Position numbers and translations under genes: made by a program. Positions 11,492 to 23,118 of a stretch of 64,000 nt of DNA are shown piece after piece. This stretch comes from TPA_inf: Saccharomyces (taxonomy: Eukaryota): assembly GCA_000146045.2 (NCBI GenBank), contig BK006942.2, forward strand, positions 1 through 64,000, in the 5' to 3' direction. The notes beneath the pieces were generated by a model that saw nothing but the letters and a program-made list of their open reading frames with translations, searched no databases and had not been told where the DNA came from. Each line of letters opens with the position of its first letter. The first letter of the stretch is position 1.

Positions 11492-14400
11492 ATGGCATTG
11501 TTTCGTGCCCTGTATATTATTTGGGTATTCCTACTCATTCCACTGTCCAATGCAGAAGAATTCACCCCCAAGGTTACCAGAACTTTGTCAAGATATGTAT
11601 TCGATATAGTAAACTTTGATGATTCAAACACTTTGATCAGAGCAGAAGAAGACTCTGTCGAGATAAGTTTTGATGCTGGAGAAAATTGGAAAACAATAGA
11701 TGAGATTGAAGAGCCTATCGAGTCATTTGTTGTTGATCCCTTCCGTGGGCATGATAGAGCTTTTGCTTTCGTGAAAACGGCACCAAAATTTTACGTCACG
11801 GATGATCAAGGTAAATCGTGGAGGCCTTTGACTATACCCATTTCTGAGAAAGCATCGAATTATTTTTGCGACGTAACTACTCACCCTATAAAAAAGAAGC
11901 ATCTTATTATTCGTTGTGATTTGTTGACAATAAAAAACTCAGGCTTAATGTATGTTGGAAGAGAGATTTACACAACTAATGATGGAGTATCCTTTTCCCA
12001 AGTTAAACCTTCTTTTGGAAAAATTGATGGTCATATTAGCACGGCACGCTGTGACTTTATTAAATCTAGTGAGGATTCTGATCTGGGCGGTAATGATGCT
12101 TCGATACTCTGTCTTTTCCGAAACACTGAGTACATTGAAAGTACAGGCTCAACTATTGACAAGTCTGAATTGATTTTAAGTGCCGATGGAGGTGAAACAT
12201 TCAAAGAATTAGTCCAGTTCAAAGATAAGGTTGTTAGTCGATACGAGATACTTAAGCATCATGTGATCGTTTTGACACAAGATGATATGTATAATGAAAT
12301 GTCATCAACAAACATTTGGATATCCAATGATGTATCCACTTTTCAAGTGGCTCGTACACCTACTAAGATACGGCACGTTAATATGGGACAAATTCATGAA
12401 GATTCCATCGGAAGAATCGTTTTACCTGTATCTAGAGAAAGAGATGATGAAGACAGCAACCAACCGGGAGCTGCTGAAGTGTTAATATCAGATTCTGAAG
12501 GACTAAAATTTTTGCCTATAAATTGGATACCAAACAATCAGTTTGGATATATCAATGTAGCTTATCCAGGTTTCTTAAAAGGAACATTTTTTGGTTCGTT
12601 TCATCCCTTCATTGAATATTCTGATAGAAAAAGGAAATACAGCCGACAGAAAGTAAGAGAGGAAACTAAAGTATCTGTTGATAACGGTCTCACATGGACA
12701 AACTTGAAAGTTGTTGACCGGGAAAATGTAGATTTATTTGGTTGTGATGTCACTAAACCCGAGAGATGTTCGCTTCAGACTCATTTCTATGATCTAAGAA
12801 ATTTAAATCCCTCTGCCGGAATCATGATGATATCGGGTATTGTTGGCGACGGCAGTGCATACAATTGGAAAGAAGAAAAAACTTTCATCTCCAGGGATAG
12901 TGGTTTAACATGGAGGTTAGTCCATAATTCCACTGGTTTATATACTACTGGTGATCTGGGAAATATTATCATGTATATTCCATATCGTTCGAATGAAAAT
13001 GGCGATGTGCCTTCTAAATTTTATTATTCCTTGGATCAAGGTAAGACATGGGGTGAATATGATCTAATCATGCCTATTTATCCATACAGATTAGTCAGCA
13101 CAATATCAGATGGATCTGGTTCAAAATTTATTCTAACAGGAACGTCCATTACAGAAGATCCAATATTCATTACATATTCAATTGATTTTTCAGCGGTATT
13201 TGATTATAAATCATGTGAAGAGGGTGATTTTGAAGATTGGAATCTAGCAGATGGAAAATGTGTTAATGGCGCCAAATACAAGTACAGAAGGAGGAAACAG
13301 GACGCCCAGTGTTTGGTAAAAAAAGCATTCAAAGATTTGAGTTTAGATGAAACGCCTTGTAACAGTTGTACTGGATCCGACTACGAATGTTCGTTTGAAT
13401 TCGTTAGAGATGCGAAGGGTGACTGTATACCAGATTATAATCTGATTGCCCTTTCCGATATATGTGACAAATCGAAGGGTAAATCTGTGTTAGTAAAGCC
13501 ACTACAATTAATCAAAGGTGATAAATGTAAAACACCTATGAAAATTGAATCCGTAGACATTCCGTGTGACGAAATTCCAAAGGAGGGTTCGAGTGACAAG
13601 GAAATAGTGACTACTGAAAACAAATTCGACTTTGAAATTAAATTTTACCAATACTTCGATACAGTTGCCGACGAATCTTTGGTCATGCTGAATTCGATAG
13701 GAGACGCCTATATATCCCACGATGGTGGACAAACGATAAAAAGGTTTGACACTGACGGCGAAAAAATTGTCGAAATCGTGTTTAACCCATACTTCAATTC
13801 TTCAGCATATTTGTTTGGCTCTAAAGGTAACATATTCTTAACACACGATAGAGGATACTCTTTCATGATAGCTAAATTACCTGAAGCCAGGCAATTAGGC
13901 ATGCCACTAGATTTTAGTGCTAAAGCACAGGATACTTTTATTTACTATGGTGGTAAGAATTGTGAATCAATTTTAAGTCCAGAATGTCATGCAGTGGCAT
14001 ACCTCACCAAAGATGGGGGTGAAACTTTTACAGAAATGCTTGATAATGCAATTCATTGTGAGTTTGCAGGAACACTATTCAAATATCCGTCAAATGACGA
14101 TATGGTTATGTGCCAAGTAAAGGAAAAGTTTTCGCAAACAAGAAGTTTAGTTTCTTCTACTGACTTTTTCCAAGATGATAGAAAAACTGTCTTTGAAAAC
14201 ATTATCGGCTACTTGTCTACTGGTGGCTATATCATTGTTGCCGTACCTCATGAAGACAATGAATTGAGGGCGTATGTAACTAATGATGGTGCTGAGTTTA
14301 CCGAGGCAAAATTCCCATATGATGAAGATATTGGTAAGCAAGACGCATTCACTATTTTAGGATCTGAGGAAGGATCAATATTTTTACATTTAGCAACAAA

Positions 14401-16141
14401 CTTGGAATCAGGACACGATTTCGGAAACCTTTTGAAATCCAACTCGAATGGTACTTCTTTTGTCACCTTAGAGCATGCCGTTAATAGAAACACATTCGGT
14501 TATGTGGACTTTGAAAAAGTTCAAGGTCTTGAAGGTATTATTATCACCAACATCGTTTCGAATAGCGAAAAGGTTGGCGAGAACAAGGAAGACGAACAAT
14601 TGAAGACGAAAATCACCTTCAATGACGGTTCAGATTGGAACTTTTTGAAGCCTCCAAAGAAGGATTCGGAAGGGAAAAAGTTTCCCTGTGATTCTGTGTC
14701 ATTAGATAAATGTTCTCTACATTTGCATGGTTACACTGAACGTAAGGATATCAGGGATACATATTCCTCTGGCTCCGCGTTAGGAATGATGTTTGGTGTC
14801 GGAAATGTTGGCGATAGGCTTCTACCATATGAGGAGTGTTCCACTTTTCTAACCACTGATGGAGGAGAGACGTGGACTGAGGTTAAAAAAGGCCCCCATC
14901 AATGGGAGTACGGTGATCATGGTGGAGTCTTGGTTTTGGTCCCCGAAAACGCAGAAACTGATTCTATTTCTTACTCCACCGATTTTGGTAAAACATGGAA
15001 AGATTATAAATTCTGTGGCGACAAAGTCCTCGTAAAGGATATAATCACCGTTCCCAGAGATTCTGCTTTGAGGTTTTTGCTATTTGGAGAAGCAAAAAAC
15101 ATGGGTAGTGGTTCATTCAGAACGTATACAATTGATTTTAGAAACATCTTCGAGAGGCAATGTGAGTTTGATATTACCGGTAGAAAAAGGGCAGATTTTA
15201 AGTACTCTCCTCTGGGTTCCAGAACTGGTTGTTTGTTTGGCCATAAAACAGAATTTTTACGTAAAACCGATGAAAAATGTTTTATTGGGAATATTCCACT
15301 TTCTGAATTTTCGAGGAACGTCAAAAACTGTCCATGTACAAGACAAGATTTCGAATGTGACTATAATTTTTATAAAGCCAGTGATGGTACTTGTAAATTA
15401 GTCAAAGGCTTAAGTTCGGCGAATGGTGCCGATATCTGCAAAAAGGAACCCGACTTAATTGAATACTATGATTCCTCCGGCTATCGGAAAATTCCCTTAT
15501 CAACCTGTAAAGGTGGGCTGAAATTGGATGCACATTTAGCACCACATCCTTGTCCGGGAAAAGAAAAGGCATTCAGGGAAAAATACTCTATAAACACCGG
15601 CGCTTATGCGCTGGTTTTTGTTACAATTCTTCTCGTTATTTTCTTTGTCGCATGGTTTGTATACGATAGAGGTATCAGGAGAAATGGGGGATTTTCAAGA
15701 TTTGAAGAAATCAGATTAGGAGACGATGGGCTGATAGAAAACAATAGGACCGATAGAGTTGTCAACATCATTGTAAGACTAGGATTATGCATTTCTTTAA
15801 TCACCAAGTCTGCGTTTCAACGCGCGAAGGCAGGTACAGCGCAACTTTCTTCAAAATTTAGGGCAAGGTTTGGCAACAAAAAAGGTGCCACTTACTCTTC
15901 GCTGCTTCATGATCAGCTTTCAGATGAACCAGATGGCTTCCATGAAGATTCCAACGATTTATCCAGTTTCAGAGGTCAAGGTAGTAATTCTGAAATTGAG
16001 CAAGAAGATGTTGACACATCTCAACAAGAGCATACGTTGCGGACAGACCTACTTGGTGCTAGCAATATTCCAGACGCTTTGCCAGCGCGTAGTGCTTCTC
16101 ACGAGTCCGATTTAGCAGCTGCACGCAGCGAAGACAAGTAG
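11492..16141 (+). CDS. VTH1: Vps10-family sorting receptor homolog (sortilin-like), 1549 aa, type I membrane protein
   Basis: Long ATG-initiated ORF with signal peptide [21 protein letters not shown], repeated BNR/Asp-box-like motifs (S-x-D-x-G-x-T-W/F), Cys-rich 10CC regions, and a C-terminal TM ([17 protein letters not shown]) plus cytosolic tail. Length matches VTH1. Confidence 0.85.
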
Positions 16142-16783
16142 GTAGGTCTTTTTAAACGAACGAAATTGTTCACGCATTGTATGTTGGGTTTCTTACATAT
16201 CAATCACTCAGAAGCCCATTTTCTACCTCCATCACCGTACTTATAGAATTATTTTTCTTTCTTGACACAATATACTGTGGCTAGTTTAACATTTCGTGCC
16301 CTTTAAATATTTTTCATGGTGTGGACAGAACAACGTCAATTGTAAGGAGCATGGAGGTCAAATAAACAATACCTCAAACTAAATAATGAAGACCCCAAGA
16401 AGCCTTGCAATCGGCAGTAATTATATTCATGGTACTAATTGTCACTATTCGTCTACACTCTAGTAAAAGTTCTTGATGCAAATTTTTTTATTTTTATGTA
16501 TGAGAACTGCCGAAAAAAAAGGTTTGGATATTAACTTTGTTAAATAAAATAATACAATCAATTCAAACTTTTTACTGTTTCTTTTTTCAGCTAACTATAT
16601 CATACTATTGTACACAATTATTAATTACCACTTACATTAACTGTTATTCGCTACGCTTTAGAATATCACATACCCAATATCGCATTACCACATGTATGTC
16701 GTTACTATTTAAAGTGCGGTATGTAACATAGATAAATATAAGTATATGTATATGTATAAAAATCTTGTCGTCACAATCATTAA

Positions 16784-18553
16784 TCATTCAGATATGTAAA
16801 TTCTGCCCTCCCATGGCTTCAATGTTCTGGAAGACGCATCAACTTCACTTCTTGGGTAGTTTCCGAATTCCAACTTAAACGATGAGCTATTGTTTGGAAT
16901 CGTGAAGTCGATCGAATCAGAGCTGAAGTTCAAAGCAGCAAACAATGTTTTGTTGTCGTATTTCTTTGTGAAGCTGAACAGTTTCTTATTGTCCAAATCA
17001 ATAAACTCAAAATCATATCCATACACAGTAATATCCTTGTGTGCCTTTCTAAATCTCAAGGCCTCCTTCCAGAAGTTCAAAACCGAGTTGGGGTCCTTGG
17101 ATTCGTCTTCAGCGTTAATTCCTTCCCTGAAAGACTCGTTCAAGTAAAACCATGGTTTAGCATTAGGACCAGAAAAACCAGCATTTGGCTCCTCACGAGA
17201 CCATTGCATAGGTGTTCTAGCATGGTCTCTGGAAATAAGGGCAATTGCTTCCAAAAACCTCTTCATCTCCTTCGAGTTTTCTCCATGCTCTTCCTTGATC
17301 GCATCATAGTTATTTCTAACTTCGACATCCTCGTATTTTTCGATAGGCCAGTTCTTGAAATTGATTTCACCCAGTTCCTGTCCTTGGTACACATATAGAG
17401 TACCGCTCAGTGACACCAACAACACAGACAACAACTTACCAGAAATAACACGGTTTTTGGGAGAATCGTCACCAAATCTGGTAATTGAACGAGGTTGGTC
17501 GTGATTTTCCAGATAAATTGTTGACCAACAATCAGTTCCGTTAACGTATCTGAAAAGTTCAGCAAGGGCAACCTTCCAATCCTTTAGTTCATATGGTATC
17601 AAATTTTGACGGAACTTGGGCGAAGTCCCGACATCAGTGTGGGAAAAGTTGAATAACTCACTAAGTTCGTGTCTTGACGCACTTGTATACAACCTCTTGG
17701 TCTCATCAGTAGCATGTCGCATTTCACCAACTGTCATAATTTCTCTGCCATCCTTCACTCTGTTTCTGATGAACTTGTTCATTTCTTGATGAAACTCATG
17801 GATACGTGGTCCGTTCATTGTGAAAGGATCACTGAGTTGCCACTTTGAGTTTTCGTCAATCACAGGAGCGTCTGGTAGACCAGCAACCTTGGAGTACAAG
17901 CTTCCCACATCAATTCTAAAGCCGTCTACACCATGGTCTAACCAGTATCCAACGGCACTTTCGTAGATTGCCTTTCTGCAGTCTTCGTTCTCCCAGTTTA
18001 GATCAGGTTGGGTGGAGCAAAACAAACGCAAGTAAAACTCTTGTGTCTTTTCATCGAACGTCCATGCAGAACCACCGAAGTAAGACCTCCAATTGTTTGG
18101 AGGAATTGGCTTGCCTTCGGCGTCATAACCCTTAGGAGGTCTCCAGAAGAACCAGTCACGTTTTGGATTGGTTTTTGAGGATCTGCTCTCTTTGAACCAT
18201 TCATGTTCGCTGGAGCAATGGTTGATGACTAAGTCGGTGATAAATTTCATACCAAGCTTATGTGTCTTTTCGATCAAGGCAAAGCAGTCCTCGTTCGTAC
18301 CGTAGGTTGGCCAGACCTTTTCGTAGTTGGCAATATCGTAACCCATATCATCTTGTGGCGAGTCGTAAAATGGCGAGATCCAAATGGCATCGGTACCAAG
18401 CTCTTTGATGTACTCCAACTTGGAGGCAATACCCTTCATATCACCCCAACCATCGTTGTTGGAGTCTTTGAAACTTGCGGGATAAATTTGATAAATTGTG
18501 GCCTCTTTCCACCACTTGGGTTCTGTTTCTGGATGTGCAGAAGAAATAGTCAT
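16784..18553 (-). CDS. IMA3: Isomaltase / oligo-1,6-glucosidase (GH13 alpha-glucosidase), 589 aa
   Basis: ORF starts ATG; [38 protein letters not shown]... with GH13 catalytic motifs (DLVINH, GFRIDV, EMRH, YLENHD). IMA3 and IMA4 are identical paralogs, so the symbol is by context. Confidence 0.85.
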   Translation of the reverse strand: MTISSAHPETEPKWWKEATIYQIYPASFKDSNNDGWGDMKGIASKLEYIKELGTDAIWISPFYDSPQDDMGYDIANYEKVWPTYGTNEDCFALIEKTHKLGMKFITDLVINHCSSEHEWFKESRSSKTNPKRDWFFWRPPKGYDAEGKPIPPNNWRSYFGGSAWTFDEKTQEFYLRLFCSTQPDLNWENEDCRKAIYESAVGYWLDHGVDGFRIDVGSLYSKVAGLPDAPVIDENSKWQLSDPFTMNGPRIHEFHQEMNKFIRNRVKDGREIMTVGEMRHATDETKRLYTSASRHELSELFNFSHTDVGTSPKFRQNLIPYELKDWKVALAELFRYVNGTDCWSTIYLENHDQPRSITRFGDDSPKNRVISGKLLSVLLVSLSGTLYVYQGQELGEINFKNWPIEKYEDVEVRNNYDAIKEEHGENSKEMKRFLEAIALISRDHARTPMQWSREEPNAGFSGPNAKPWFYLNESFREGINAEDESKDPNSVLNFWKEALRFRKAHKDITVYGYDFEFIDLDNKKLFSFTKKYDNKTLFAALNFSSDSIDFTIPNNSSSFKLEFGNYPRSEVDASSRTLKPWEGRIYISE

Positions 18554-18965
18554 TGTACGTTGCTTTCTTATCTCTATGAAAAAACTTTCACTTTTGTTTG
18601 TGTGTTTGGATTGGTGAATGGAACATATATTCTAGTACAGCTAATTCCTCGAGTGAAGAAGTCTTCCTTACTTATATATGTCTGTGGACGTCTTACGAAT
18701 GATCGAAAATAAGAAAAGAACAAAGTAAATTTAGGATCTGGAAGGAGTGCTGTATGTAAACGAAGCTTTCAGTTTTAGGTAATGTTTGCACAACCTACAT
18801 GATATAAGATGGTATGTTCTGCAACAGCGTGCCTGTCACTTGGCCCGTTATAGCAGATTATACCCATCTGCAAGCAGACCCCATTATTGCATTGCCTCCG
18901 CAGCCTTGCGTATACATAGCCCTAAGACAAAATACGGAGCGTAAACAACCCTCGATCCCCGCAAC

Positions 18966-19035
18966 AATTACATAACCATTTCTCCGCGGAATTACATAAT
19001 CATTTCTCCGGGAAAATTACATAATCATTTCTCCG
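18966..19035. promoter_or_regulatory. Triplicated 21-bp direct repeat AATTACATAA(C/T)CATTTCTCCG upstream of HXT12, each carrying a CGGAGAA (Rgt1-type CGGANNA) motif on the - strand
   Basis: Copies at 18966-18986, 18990-19010 and 19015-19035, about 480-550 bp upstream of the HXT12 ATG. Reverse complement of catttctccg is CGGAGAAATG, which fits the Rgt1 consensus CGGANNA. Confidence 0.4.
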
Positions 19036-19514
19036 TGCGAGTTATAAGTGCTTTTCTCGTGCATTTCCCTGACACTTCACAAAACCTTCTTTTTCTTTTT
19101 TCTTTATTTCAGGGGAAATCAGTGCAAAACTAAAAAGAAAGAAATTTTGTGAAATGTAAACTCCAGGTGTCAAAAAATAAATTATATCCGTGGAAAATCA
19201 GGCGTCGGAAATTGTAGATGAATCCGCCTCCTCCACAATAAAAATGCTGACCACACGAGCAATGCATACACTCGGACACCTTCGTTCAAAGTATCAGTAG
19301 CAGTTCGACACACCCTATACTACTTAGCTCTTAAGGTCTAGGCTCATCTTTCTCAGTTCCTCTTTTTCGCTAAATAAAGGTATATAATGTCACAGCTGTG
19401 TAACTAAAGAACACTGTTGTTCCTATCTTTTTCTTCTTCTTTTTTTGGTATGAGTTGGAAAAAATAATCATTGCACAATTGAGTACTAAAAGCTTTCGTA
19501 TCTTACCCAATATC

Positions 19515-21220
19515 ATGTCCGGTGTTAATAATACATCCGCAAATGATTTATCCACTACCGAGTCTAACTCTAACTCAGCAGTAGGCGCTCCTTCTGTTAA
19601 GACTGAGCACGGTGACTCCAAAGACTCCCTCAACCTTGATGCTACTGAAGCACCTATTGACTTACCTCAAAAACCCCTCTCTGCATATACCACCGTCGCA
19701 ATCCTATGTTTGATGATTGCATTTGGCGGTTTCATCTTTGGTTGGGATACCGGTACCATTTCTGGTTTTGTTAACCTTTCTGACTTTATCAGAAGGTTTG
19801 GTCAAAAAAAAACGACAAGGGGACTTACTACTTATCGAAAGTAAGAATGGGTTTGATTGTCTCAATATTCAACATTGGCTGCGCCATAGGCGGAATTGTC
19901 TTGTCAAAAGTCGGTGATATATATGGTCGTCGTATTGGATTGATTACAGTTACTGCCATTTACGTTGTAGGCATCCTAATCCAAATAACCTCCATAAACA
20001 AGTGGTACCAATACTTCATTGGAAGAATTATTTCTGGCATAGGAGTGGGAGGAATTGCTGTCCTTTCCCCAATGTTGATATCTGAAGTTGCTCCCAAACA
20101 TATCAGGGGAACCCTGGTCCAATTGTACCAGCTGATGGGTACGATGGGTATTTTTCTAGGTTACTGTACCAATTACGGTACCAAGAACTATCACAACGCC
20201 ACTCAATGGAGAGTCGGCCTTGGTCTTTGCTTTGCCTGGGCTACATTCATGGTTAGTGGGATGATGTTTGTACCAGAATCACCACGTTACCTGATCGAAG
20301 TTGGTAAAGATGAGGAAGCGAAACATTCACTATCGAAATCCAACAAAGTCTCAGTTGACGATCCAGCCTTGTTAGCAGAATATGACACTATAAAGGCGGG
20401 AATTGAAATTGAAAAGTTGGCAGGTAACGCATCATGGTCTGAACTACTCTCCACTAAAACAAAGGTCTTTCAGCGTGTTCTTATGGGAGTGATAATCCAA
20501 TCGCTGCAGCAATTAACCGGTGACAACTACTTCTTTTACTACGGTACCACCATCTTCAAATCTGTCGGTCTAAAGGACTCCTTTCAAACTTCGATCATCA
20601 TTGGTGTGGTCAATTTTTTCTCTTCATTCATAGCGGTATACACCATTGAGAGGTTTGGACGCCGTACGTGTCTATTGTGGGGTGCTGCTTCTATGCTGTG
20701 CTGCTTTGCTGTCTTTGCCTCCGTTGGTGTGACAAAGCTGTGGCCTCAAGGAAGCAGTCACCAAGACATTACTTCTCAGGGTGCCGGTAACTGTATGATT
20801 GTGTTTACTATGTTCTTCATCTTTTCGTTTGCCACCACCTGGGCGGGCGGCTGTTTCGTTATTGTGTCAGAGACGTTTCCTCTTAGAGCCAAATCAAGAG
20901 GAATGGCAATCGCAACAGCTGCAAACTGGATGTGGGGTTTCCTGATTAGTTTCTTTACCCCATTCATTACCGGGGCAATCAACTTTTACTACGGTTATGT
21001 ATTCTTAGGCTGTCTGGTTTTTGCATACTTTTATGTCTTTTTCTTTGTCCCAGAAACAAAAGGCTTGACGCTGGAAGAGGTAAATACTATGTGGCTGGAA
21101 GGTGTGCCAGCATGGAAATCGGCCTCATGGGTGCCACCGGAGAGAAGAACCGCAGATTACGATGCTGATGCAATAGATCATGACAATAGACCAATTTACA
21201 AGAGGTTCTTTTCCAGCTGA
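19515..21220 (+). pseudogene. HXT12: Hexose transporter family member disrupted by a frameshift in an A9 homopolymer (about 19804-19812)
   Basis: Track ORFs 19455..19844 and 19847..21220 are in different frames but together read as an HXT protein ([10 protein letters not shown]...FGQK | [16 protein letters not shown]...). The break lies in caaaaaaaaacgac, where HXT paralogs read [17 protein letters not shown]. The true start is the ATG at 19515; the track start at 19455 is a TTG. Confidence 0.8.
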
Positions 21221-23118
21221 TCTTCTAGTTTTCGGTAAATTGGTAAAAAAGCAAAAAAAAAAATTGACGAAACTAATTCTCTATTATACATAATGTTTTT
21301 ACTTTTGTACCCTTTAATTTCTAATGAATGTTTTATGGAAGCTTCAATAAATGCGTGACTGGCTATAGTTGTCGGATGGCAATCCATTATTATGTATACC
21401 GTATTATTAAGAGTGCAACTAGGCCCGACTATAAATCTAACACTCAGATCCTTGTACTGTAATGCATATTTATTTTTTCACAAGTTGCATGCTAATAATA
21501 CCATGATATTTTTTTTGAAGCCTTGAAAAATAGTTCAAGCAGCTACGATATCATGAATCAATATACTCATTGCAGCCTATGTAATATATATAGGTTCCGT
21601 GTTACCACTCGTTTCTGATATTTTCGATATGGCTACACTGGGTTTTTCATGATGGAAATGTGATACTACCAGTTCCAATATATTTATCTTCCTTATCTAT
21701 ATGACACGCTGTTATTTTAGTTCAAGTCAGTGTCCAATTGAAGTGAGTGTCACGTGCACAGCGACGGTAGTCGTTGGATGTGCTAAATGATGTTCTACTG
21801 CCAATGACTGCAAATACGTTCGAAGAGTATAAAATCGAAGGAAACGAATTAAGTTGCCAATCCTTACTGTAACTATAGCATGTTACATATATGTACCATA
21901 AGTATCACATTAAGGTTTCGCCATAGCCATGTGCCTATATTAAATAGAAATATCACATGGCGATCCACGGAATGTTTATAGATTTTCTTCTTTTGTCTAT
22001 GGCCCGGGCGAGACATTAATTTATCTTGCTGAAAAATTCGAAAGTTAAAACTCAATTATGCGTGGGATTTCTCAATTAGGTTACCAGAATTTCAATCTGC
22101 TGAAGAATTATGTCTTAAAAAAAAAAAGTCCCGCCTCAAAAAAGCCAAAAAGGGTGTGACTGTAGATTGTGGGTAACTTGCTGTCAAATGACATGAAAAT
22201 CTCTGCCTGCATGATCCCTGTCAAAATTCGAAAACACGCGGTCATAAAATTGTGCCTCAAAAAGATATCTTTTCTGCGGGTTCTCTTAGTAAATGAGGTT
22301 AGGTTGTTTCCTATTCTTACGAGATTTCCCTTGTTCTCGCCGCTCACATCATTGTCGGTAAGATCTTCCGTAGTGGCAGGTCAAGCAGTGAGGAAGAAAG
22401 ATCGGCAGTAAACTGATAAGAGCCAAACCGAAAAGTTTCTTATACGCAAAAACGCTTTGAAAATTCTCCAAGAATCCTATTTGAAACTCTTATTAATAAA
22501 TAAAGTATAAATATAATAAAGTTTATTGTGAGACATGTCGCGATAAGCACCCCTTGTCTTTCTTGGAAGGGAGAAATTTGTAATATAAAGCCAAGTGCTC
22601 AGAACTCGATTTTTTTCTGACCAAAGAGCGGAAGCTCCACTATAAAAGTTGGGAGGTACTTTTAGGTTCTCTTAAGTTCGCATTTAATTATGGCCTGAAC
22701 GATTTTACTGTGGACAATAAGTGAAATAAGTGTCCTTAAAATGTGTACGATGTGTACACATCAACCTACTCTCCCCTTCATTGGCAGAAGAGGGAACCAT
22801 TTCATCCAAAAAAAATAAAAAAATAAAAAAAATCCAAATATTAAGCTAAAAAAATACTTAACTGTTTACACAAAGCGTATATAAAATGCATATTAAGAAC
22901 CTATCTCGTTTCAGAGGAATAAACTTTTAATTCCTCAGTTAAAAAAATTAGTTAAAGAAAGCAAGAACGAAAATACCGACCAATGCATTCAAAGTATTGG
23001 CATTCAAACCTGCGGCAATACCCTCGGACTGGACAATGATACCAGTAGAGGTCTTTATTGGAGCTGCAGATTTGGAGTATGTGGGAAATTGCACTAGAAG
23101 CCTTGGAAATGGCAGTAG

